The notes beneath the pieces were generated by a model, which was not told the DNA's origin, searched no databases, and was given only the letters and a program-made list of their open reading frames with translations. DNA of 64,000 nucleotides, taken from assembly GCF_009914755.1 (NCBI RefSeq), contig NC_060936.1. One strand, given 5' to 3'. Source of the DNA: the human T2T-CHM13v2.0 reference genome, Homo sapiens. Below are positions 53,201 to 64,000 of this stretch, in pieces (positions within the stretch are counted from its first letter, which is position 1; each line of letters starts with the position of its first letter). Position numbers and translations under genes: made by a program.

Positions 53201-56200
53201 AAATTGAACTTTTGAAACTTTTTCTTTGAGAGAAAGGAAGTAATTTTATTCATGATATCCATTTCAGTTAGTAAAAATGTCTTTAAGCAGCTAAGTGGCT
53301 CCCCAAAGATTAAATGTCCAATAAGTGAAAAAATCGGAAGTAGACTCCTGGCCCCCTGGTTTCCCACATCAAAGACTAGCTGCCAGATACATTTCCTCCT
53401 ACCAGATTTCTCTTGAAATTGTAATTTGTCATCTTCTGAGTAGTAGACAATGAAGGCCTAAGATTTATTTTCCTTGCAAGTGAATAATTAGTGAATGTCA
53501 ATTTCATGTTTTTTTCAGTCTGTGTGAAAGTCAAAAATAGTCACGTTAATTATACTTAGCAGGCACTTTTCTGTGATAATACACCAATTCCTGGAGATGA
53601 CAAATGTAAATAATATTTACTCCTTAAAAGGTAATCTAATCTGGTATTATTTATAAGTTCATTTAACATTGTCTTCCTTATAGATAACTTCAATAGTGTT
53701 TTACTAATTAGATATAAGAAAGACAGTCCCCTCATCTAAACATTATTTTATTTACACTTGCTTTTAGGTTTTTATTGTTTCTTTATTTTCTTCTACACCC
53801 CCTTACAGCACAAGGTATCTCAAACCTCAAGCAGCTACCATCTGGCTTGTTTTATATAACTCTCTCAGCCCATTCAAGTGGCAATACACCAGCGAAGAAT
53901 AAAAAGATATATATTGGATGGAGCCCAAGAACTGCACCCAAAATAGCTTTTTAAAAGTCATTGAGCATAACAGTGGGAATAATAGGAAGGTCTTAAGCGG
54001 CAGCTGCTCAGAGAGCACTGGAATAATTCTCTCATCATCTTGCCACAGGTATCGTCCAGAAAGCAACGCTCCTAGCACCTCCACTTTCTTTTTCACTTTG
54101 GTTTTTATGTCTATCTTTAGTTTTTATGTCTATCACTCAAATTGCAACAGCTGACAAGCACCTGGGATTTAATTCCTGCCGGATTTCATACATTCACATT
54201 AATTTTGGTAATTTCCCAATTGTAACAGTGAGAACCTTCCCCAATTTGGGTGAGCAGCTTTAATATTTCATTGCATATTCATGTATCACCTCACGTTATT
54301 TTTAGTTTCTAAAAGAGATAGCAGACGAGGCTTCATAAAAGATTAGTAGGAGCCCTAGAAATAGCTTTATCACTATTCCAGTATATTTCTTTTTTCTTTT
54401 CCTGAGAAGGCAGAAAAGGATTCCCTTCAAAGAAGGCATATTTGGTAGTGAACAAAAGGGAACCTTCCCAAGACCACTAGCAATCTCGCTGATATGTTGG
54501 AATGTCTAATTTTGATTCTCTCAAGACAGCCTACCACAATGCCCCTGTTCAGCTATTGTAGGGCACAAGCTAATCTTTACATTCTGTTTCCTTCCTCCCA
54601 ATTCTTCTCATTTGAATTATTTAAGGAATATGTCATGTTTCATTATTTCTACATTTCTTTCACTGAACTATCAAGACTTGGGAAAGAAACACGTCTTTTT
54701 AAAAAACACACACATGTACAGCACAGGTTATTCCTTTTCCATTTCAAATAATTTATTCGCATTATATTGGTGTCTTGTAAATTTCATATTTACTGTGCTG
54801 CTTTTTAAAATAATTTTTTAAAGTGAAATTTCCTATTCCAGTTCCCTTTTTCATCCAGAGATTTTTATAAGATCATATAGCATGTAATACAGTAAAAAAC
54901 TCAACATACCAGAATATATTTTTAGAATAGAGACATTCTACAAATGGCAGGAGATTTTTTCCATTTTATGCCTTATGAAAAATGGATTTGGAACTTATAA
55001 AAAATGTATCTGGAACATCTGAGTGCAAGATTTTTGATTGGATTTTAGAATTCAGATCTATGATTTAAAAGCAATTTCTTCCTTTCTGAAAGTGTCCATG
55101 TCAAATTGATTTTTAAGGAGAAAGAAATGGTGTAATTTGGATTTTGAACCCTTTTCTCAGGACTTAGATTGTTTTCATTTATCTTGACTTCCTTTATCTT
55201 TATTGCATCCTCATGGAGTTGGAAAAGCATGTGTTTTCACAACTTTTTTTTACAAGGGTTGACCACAGGCAAAGCCATAAATAAGGCTTTATTCTTTGTT
55301 CCATTTCACCTTTCTAGCTTCACATCTATTCAATGCCAATGTGGCTTTCTAGCTAATACTCTTTTTTTCTATCTTGAGGGAAAAGTCTTAATATTTTGTA
55401 GCATCACTCCAAAAAATAATTTGCTTTTTTCCCCCCACAAAGAGTAAGGAGAGAAAATAGTTAACACAAATGAATTAATCACTAATGGCTGACTTTCAAG
55501 TAAAAATCCAATGAATGTGGAGTAGTTGTCTAGGAGATGTAACTGGAAATTTTTCAAGTCCTTGAAAATGCATAGAAGAATACAGAGTCCCACTTTATTA
55601 TTCTTATAAAAACCAAAGATCTGAGTATCAAATCACTAACCTATTTTTTTTTTATCTTGATGCTCAAGCTCTGAAAGTAGCTCTTTCTCAGTCAGGCTTC
55701 TAACTTCTATGATGGTTGCATCAACTTTAATGTTCTAATTTTTAGCACAGCTAATGGAGTAAACTGTAACTGAGTAAAAAGATGACTAGACCACTATCTA
55801 GCTTTCTGACTTTTGGAAGCAACCATCCCTTTCTGAATGTTATTTGCCTCCTCTAAAATTAGGAGGCTCAAGCTATTTCTTAAAAAAGAGTTCTGCAATA
55901 AGCTTCTTGGGTTTGAATTCAGATTCTATCACTTTACTAGCTCTGTGGTCTTGTACAAACTATTTAGTCTGTCTACACTTTAATTTCCTTACTGTAACAT
56001 GGAGATCATTGCAGTATCTACTATAGAAGGAATTCTATCAAATGATGTTGGCCTAGTTGACTTTCAATAACTTTTAGCTATTGTTTGATTCAGAGGTATG
56101 TTCAAGTCATTATAGCTATGTAAAACAATTAAAATAACTGAAAAATGTGAACAATTCCCAAATATTTGTATAATAGCTGACATTTTATTAAGTGTTTATT

Positions 56201-56276
56201 ATATGAGAAACACTAAGTTCTTGATTTGTATATTTCAATTATTCCTCTCAGTAACACAGTATAGAAGATATAATTA

Positions 56277-56687
<411 letters not shown>

Positions 56688-59600
56688 TCACTCTTTTAAT
56701 CACTGGACTGTATTTTGCCTTCCACTCTGGTGGAAGACCTCTGCCTTCAGTCTAGATGACTAATGCATAATTAACTGCAGCACTACATCCTGAAGAAAAT
56801 CAACCTGTCCATGTTTCTTGAATCATTTTTACAATTAATATCTGATTTATATTTCTTCTTTTCCGAACTTGCCAGAGAATTTTAGAACATGATGCATATA
56901 TATTTTTCAAGCATGCAAATCCATAAAGTCAAAGAGAGTTTTTGAACCACAGCTTGTTACTCCCCTACCTTCTTTCCTGTCAAAATCACCTGTGAAGAAT
57001 CAACTTTCTCAGAAAGCTCAGCAACTTATTGAGATTTGGCCTGGAATTCACATAAAACTAGATAAAATTAGTGCTAAAAGGCCTATAAGAGCACCATAAA
57101 ATAATTGACATCAAAACACCCACACACACACATACATTTTCATTTCAAATGTAAGAAGCCAGAGCTCTGACCCCATTGCTTTCCATAGCTGGCGAAAAGT
57201 ATGACTTTTGAAATCGATACATTGCAATCTCCATGTTACCATCCTAGTGCAGTACTCCACAGCACCGGCGCCAGGAAGAAACATCAGTGTTTCATTCTCC
57301 AGATTAATGATCTCCTTTCAGAGAAATGACTTTCAGCTATTTTAGACTATATGCCCTTCATTTGAGAAGCAGTTTGTATTCATTCACTTACAGTCAATAT
57401 TCACTAATATCATGGATTGATGGAGTTAAAAAGCTTTTCATTAGTTCTGTTAGCAAGGCTAATTTTTATAGCATTTGATCATTTTACTTCTAGTTGCCCC
57501 TCTTTTTTTCAGAACTTTGTGTCCCCCAATCATTCTTTTGATAGAGTAATATATTACATGTTTTGTATCTACAAAGATGTGTCCATGTCCCCAATAATGA
57601 GAGCAGCTACTCACAAAACAAGGTTCCTGTTTCTTGAACTAATTATGCACAGAAATTTCTACCTCTCACTTACCAATGAGATAATTAAAATGTGAGTCTT
57701 GGAGCAGAGAGGATTAGAGGTTTAGATGCTTGTATAATACATATATTACTGGCTAGTAATTTGTACTGAAAAAAACATAAATATAAATATATATATATAT
57801 ATGTATAAACTCCTTGCTCCATTTCTCATGTATCTTATTATTTGTTTATTTTTGCAGATGTTATTATTCCTAAATTCAAATTGGTCACAGGTTCATTCAA
57901 GAAAAACACTATACCAATGTAACTACATACCAATTATAAAAATAAGGAATGTCTTGATGAAACATAGATATGGGGATAGAATAGATATTCCTGATCTCTA
58001 AGTGTACATCAACAGTAGGGTTCTTTCCTCATTAAGTTTAACTTACCAAGAACATGTGTAAAAACTCTATTTTGCTGTTCAAAGACATTCACATGAAATT
58101 TTTTTAGTGAAGTAGCAGATCCAAGTACATGAAGAGCCTTGGGAATAAAAATAGGCAAAGCCTTATAATAATGATTCCTGCTAATAGAAATATTTATAAT
58201 TACACTATGACATCCTGTTTTTAGTTGCTATGCAATTAACATTTTCTCTTTTCTTCTACTTCCTCTTACACTTATACACATGAGGATATGTGGGTTTCAT
58301 TATGCCAGGATGACTAGGTAGAGACATTTGTTGATATTTTAAGAATTTTAAGACATTTCTAGACTTCAAAAATGCGTGGTTAGTTGTTTCTTTTTTATTG
58401 TCAAAAACTTGTAGTGGACATTGCTATGCTTCAGGGACTTCACACATACATAACATCTCCTTTAATCCTCATGTAACCTCTGAGGACTTGCTGGTCTAGT
58501 ATGGAATATGGGACATATACCTGAATAACCACAACTTAAGACACAAAATGGTGACGGCCATGAGCAAGGTACAGAGATCAGTAGCCATAACCGTGCAGAA
58601 GAAAAATGTTGCTTCTACCTGAAAAAAATAAAAAAGGTTCCTTTAAGTGGTGACATTAGGAGCTGACCTGAGGGGAAAACAATGGTACTTTTAATATCAA
58701 TCCACCCCTATAACTTCCCCTTAACTTTAGATGTGTATCATTAGCATTATTCTTGTGTTAAAACATTAGGGGGATGCTTTGGCAAGAACCTGAAATGAAG
58801 ACAAGCGTGCAAGTAAAAAGGAAAGAGATTGAAGGTCTAAGAATGTCAGAAATACCTAGCAAGGACTAGGAGTGAGAAGGAACAGGAGTGTGTGTTTTAG
58901 TGAAAAGAGATCACATAGGATGAAAGGAACCAAAATCTATTCCTAAGGAGTTAAAAATAAAAGGATGCAGAGTAGGAAAATCATTGTTTGATTCTCCTTT
59001 GATAGAATCACCAGTTGATATCATTAAGACAGTCTAGTTTATTTGTTGCCTGAATTGACCTATGCAGATGCCAAAGGAGACCTTTTGTCTTCAGGATGGG
59101 TAGGGATAAAGTGAGAAGAGTTTAATTTCTGACCCCATGTACAGGACATTGGAGGCTCAGATGCTCATTACTCGGGGAATACCGATGAGGATGAAACAAG
59201 AAGTGCATCATCTACTGAGGGTCTGGAAGTTTACTATCGTTAATACCTACAATGTGGAGGGTGGGGAAAGGATGCAAAGGAGGAAGAGACACTTGTTTTG
59301 AAGGTGACCAAGATGACCTTTACCCTATAGCTAAGCTGAATGACCTTGCTGGTAGGTGAAGTATTTTGCGAAACCATTCTGGCTCACTTAGGGGCCAGCC
59401 TTGTGGATTGTCATTATTCATAGAAAGACACAGTGTCTGCTCCCAACATTGACCTCACAGTATGAGAGTTGAGTAATATGAATGAATTATTTATTACTTA
59501 TTCAAATTTTAAGACTCACTGGCCTCTAATAGAACCAAAATAAGAAATTTTTTTCTTCCTTCTTTTACAATAAGTTGATACCTCTATCTATGCTTCTCAC

Positions 59601-60271
59601 AAATGGATTCTCTACAATCAAGTGATTCCTTTCAATACTGTGGACTCACAAACTGGCTAATTATACCTGAATTAAGGGCAGTTCCATTCAGGTGATTCTA
59701 CATTTCATTTTACACAATGCCATAGCCAGGAATGACCCAAAACAATTTCTTAATAGCCTGAAAGAGTTCCTTAACTTTCCAACAAACTTCAGGAAAAACA
59801 CATAGGATAATTAAATAAATCCAGGAAACAATTTTTTAAACATTTTCTTTATACTAGGGTTGAGCTAGACACTACCTAACTCTCAAGGAGTTTACAGTAT
59901 GACTTTTTGAAGCCTTATTTTTTACAAAAATGAAATAGATGTATAAATAATAAATATAATGCTAGGCAATAAGACATAAGAGATGTACTAGGGAAATAAA
60001 TAAATTTTGACTGGGCTGGCTCAGAGAAGAAGAAAACAGTTGACTTAGAACTTAAACCATTACAAGGATTAGGATAGTAAATAATTAAGTGGGAGTGGAA
60101 TTTGGGTAGAAAGTTTGCCAGGACTGAGGAAAATTGAGCTCCTATCAATATGGTGAGTTAATTAATAGAGTTAAAATTCAGGTGTGTAACCCAATAATTT
60201 ACTTTCATTTCCTGGCTTATCATTACTTATTTCCATACTTTCATTTTTTACTATTATTAAGATTCATCAAA

Positions 60272-60414
60272 GCTGGGTATTGTGCCTCAAACCAGTAATC
60301 CCAGCTATTCAAGAGGCTGTGGCAAAAGAATCGTTCATGCCCAGCAGTTCAAGGCTGCAGTGAGCTATGATCATGCCACTGCACTCCAGCCTGGGTAGTG
60401 AGAACCCCATCTCT
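60272..60414 (+). mobile_element. Free right Alu monomer (FRAM-like)
   Basis: Single right-arm monomer bounded by TSD aagat(t/c)catcaa at 60259-60270 and 60415-60426. Confidence 0.8.
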
Positions 60415-61037
60415 AAGATCCATCAAGTCAGCATGGCCAAAATATCTTTTGTTCAATACATGAAAAATGGATGAAGCTAACATTAAATATCATTCTTATA
60501 TATTTCTTCATCAAATTCCACATTTTTTATTTTTAAAATGATTCACTTTGTATTGTTTTATTTTTTCTTACTTCTTAGGTATTTCTAAATCCCAATATGC
60601 TCTGATAAATAATTATCATAGAGCATATGATTTTAAGCAGAGATGCTAATTGGCTTTAAAAAATACAGACTCATGATTGTAATCATCTAACTGTTGTTGA
60701 ACCCCAAATTTCAAATTCCTGCTAAGCACTGCAACTCGTATAAAATTATTCAGAAAAGCAGTGTTTTATGCAGAGTGAGCCTCTGAGGAAAAAATTATCT
60801 ATAGTCTAAATAACTTTTGCAAATAGGCCTACTATAAAATTTGGTAGACTGATTTTTCCTGTCTCTCAGTAAATCTAGTATAACATTGAAAAAGATCACC
60901 ACACTTGGTTTGAAGTCTAAATGAAATAATAGGCTTGATTTAAGAGCCATATTGTAGGAAAAATATAATTGTTTTTTACTATTTTTTTCCTGAGTGGGTA
61001 TGATTGGTGTCACCTATGTTTAATAATGTAACTACTG

Positions 61038-61344
61038 CAGTGGGTCTCAAAGACAAGCCACATCAGATTCACCTGGAGGGCTTGTTAAACTCAGTTGCAA
61101 AATTCTACACTCAGAAAGTCTGAAGTGGGGCTTAATAATTTTGTTATTATTATTATTATTATTATTATTGTAGAGACGGGTCTCACTATGTTGCCCAGGC
61201 TAGTCTTGAACTCCTGTCCTCAAGCAATCCCCCTGCCTCGACCTCCCAAAATTAGAATTACAGACATGAAAGGATTTTTATTTTTAATGAGTAACCAGTG
61301 ATGCCAATGCTGCTGGTCCAGGGGACCCACTTTGAGAACGACTG
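61038..61344. mobile_element. MER5A interrupted by a FLAM
   Basis: cagtgggtctcaaa...catcagattcacctggagggcttgttaaa ... gctgctggtccagggga...ctttgagaacgactg. Confidence 0.85.
61144..61269 (-). mobile_element. FLAM-type left Alu monomer with (TTA)n tail
   Basis: gtagagacgggtctcactatgttgcccaggctagtcttgaactcctg...caagcaatcc. Confidence 0.85.
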
Positions 61345-62679
61345 TGTACACACACACACTTGAAACACATAAATATATATATCTTAAATTAATTTGTGAT
61401 CATGAAGGGTATGTGTGTGTGTATTTAAATGCCTGTGTGATTGTACATCATTCAACCAGCTACATTTTTTAATCATTAGTCATTTCTTATTATGTGGCAG
61501 TGAATATAACCACTTCTAACCTATAGAACTGTTTTGATGTTCAAAACCAGTTCTCAGCTGCTGGGAATGCCTTAAACGCTAAGGTCAAATTGTCAATAGA
61601 ATCCTGCCTGCGTAGACTTAATACCAGTAAGATAGATCTAAAATTGGCATTTCAATAAGCTATTTTGCTAAACTTTAATAACACAAATTCTGTTAACCTT
61701 GAAGCCCTGATTAAAACACAAATAAGCGAGAAAATCCCTATTGTTAACTGAGCCCATTTTGCATATTTATTGCTACATCTTTTAATTTGTAAGGCCATGG
61801 CAGACTGTATAATGAAATCTGCTCTCTAGTTGCTAGGTCTTTCTTTTTGTCTTTTCCACATTATATTACACGTAGGTGCTGGATGTCAGTGTAGTAGCAG
61901 CTTACCTACATTTGGAGAAAATATAAAAACCTTTGAAAAATGTTTGCTATCATTCTGTCATTCCTTTCTTAACTCTTTTTCCTATATTTGTCCATCATCT
62001 GTTTTCAGAGTCCAAAAATTTTAACTAGTTTTTTCACTCCACCAAAATGAAAATTCTAACTATATTTATTTAGCTATTTATTTTTTAAAGAAATGCTGCA
62101 TTTTGTTGGGTTGAGTGGTATATAGAGTCTACCAGGTGCTTTGATTAATTCAGAGTTATCCTTTGCACAATCATATATTTGAAAAAAGAGAGGTAACCCT
62201 GAAAAAAAAAAAAAAAAGAGAATACAGTATGAATGAGCTGGGGTTGGAGAGTTTGAGAATACCGAAGTTCAGAAACATGGGGACTATCTGGCACCCAAGA
62301 AAATAACCACATAGTCATCATCAGGTTTTGGGACTGCTTATGGGGAGGAAAGAGGATGCCCAAAGTAGTTTAATGAAACACTGAAAGTAATGATTTAGGA
62401 ACAGATTAAAAGATGCCAGATTCATCACTTCATCACATGATCTGCCTTTCTTTGCAGTCTAACTTGGGATAAACTAAGGAAGAAAGTATGACAATCAAAT
62501 TACCTGCTTTTCCTGTTTTTATAAAATTATGTAAAATTATAGAAGACAAAGTTAAAACTACATGTCGCATTTCAACTACTGTATCTATGGATTTCTTACT
62601 GAGAACTGTCTCCAGTGACACAAATAATTTTAAATTGCATGCATTGTTTATATTTAAAGACTACAAATTCTCTTTATTT

Positions 62680-63157
<478 letters not shown>

Positions 63158-64000
63158 TGTACATTTCTAATTCTATATCTGGGTACTCCTCTCAAACTCG
63201 AAGAACCTTAATTTGGAATTTAATTTCAATTATATGGAGGAAAAGGAATTAGTCCAACCTCTATACCTTTTCTTTTAGTAACAACTACAGAGCAGAAATG
63301 TGTCCCTTTAACCTTTGAAGGGGCTATTTTCCCTTTCAACACAACGGAAGAAAGCTTCAGATCAGAACTAATTGTTCTGTGATTGATTGATAGTTTCCCT
63401 CTTGTTGCTACATACAGCCCAATGACATGCATTGTACACACAACAGGAGGTAAGAGAGTCAATCAATTAGGGAAACAATTAGTTCCAGTTTCTACAATTC
63501 ATTTGATGTTGTAGATGAAATTGCCTGAAAATATTAAGAGCATTAAAGATCAGTGGTGAAAGCTAAGTAAATACATTTATATTCAAATTTTAGAGGCAGA
63601 TGCTTAGTTGATGCTGCTCTTCTGCAGATAGGCGATGTTAATGCAATAACAATTACAGTTTGGCAGCAATTAATAAATGGACTGTCAAAATCAGTCAAGT
63701 TGTGTTCATGGTTTTGGAAGGCTGCTGATTTTAGCTTTGACAAGATGTGGCTGAAGTGTTGCTGAAAAACTCAAAGTGATTAATTAATTTAGAAGATATA
63801 ATTCTGTGACTCCCCTTCTATGGGTAGTAGTTGGAAATGGGGGAACCCAAACATTCAATGCAACCTGATGCCTTCTTTGGGGTCCACATTTAATTAGTAT
63901 TTATGTCTAGTAAATGCAATGTGTAGGAATATTCTAAGATTTATGAGATTGATGAAGTTGTAACCAAGAAAATATGACGCAACTTGGAGTAATATAATTG

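Noticed and set aside
53918-54154. 78-aa ATG ORF in unique DNA
   Set aside because: No recognisable homology or convincing exon structure; length is within chance expectation
57248-57275. Possible CTCF or REST site (tgcagtactccacagcaccggcgcc)
   Set aside because: The core matches neither consensus adequately
62133-62220. Strong-looking minus-strand splice acceptor (T-run followed by CAG)
   Set aside because: The pyrimidine tract is just an A-run, and the nearest donor (CTG|GTAGAC) is weak

Overview
This is AT-rich human genomic DNA, intronic or intergenic. Two human-specific retroelements support the species call: an AluYa5 at 12.3 kb and a pre-Ta L1HS at 43.6 kb. I recognise no protein-coding exon, RNA gene, CpG island, processed pseudogene or NUMT. 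The listed ORFs are Alu or L1 translations, or short chance ORFs. The window is a mosaic of transposon fossils (Alu, L1, L2, MIR, L3, MaLR LTRs, hAT and Tigger DNA elements) separated by stretches of unique sequence. The most notable observations are: (i) an ~815-bp quasi-palindromic (ATATAG)n expansion inside the central linker of an AluSp; (ii) the two young, possibly polymorphic insertions, each with a perfect target-site duplication (TSD); (iii) an old L1MA with twin-priming 5' inversion; (iv) an orphan A38 tract; (v) several short fold-back or templated-insertion scars; (vi) a candidate non-coding exon and several motif-dense candidate enhancers. I found no evidence for a novel multi-gene system. 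Subfamily names are from memory of consensus sequences, and boundaries of old repeats are approximate.
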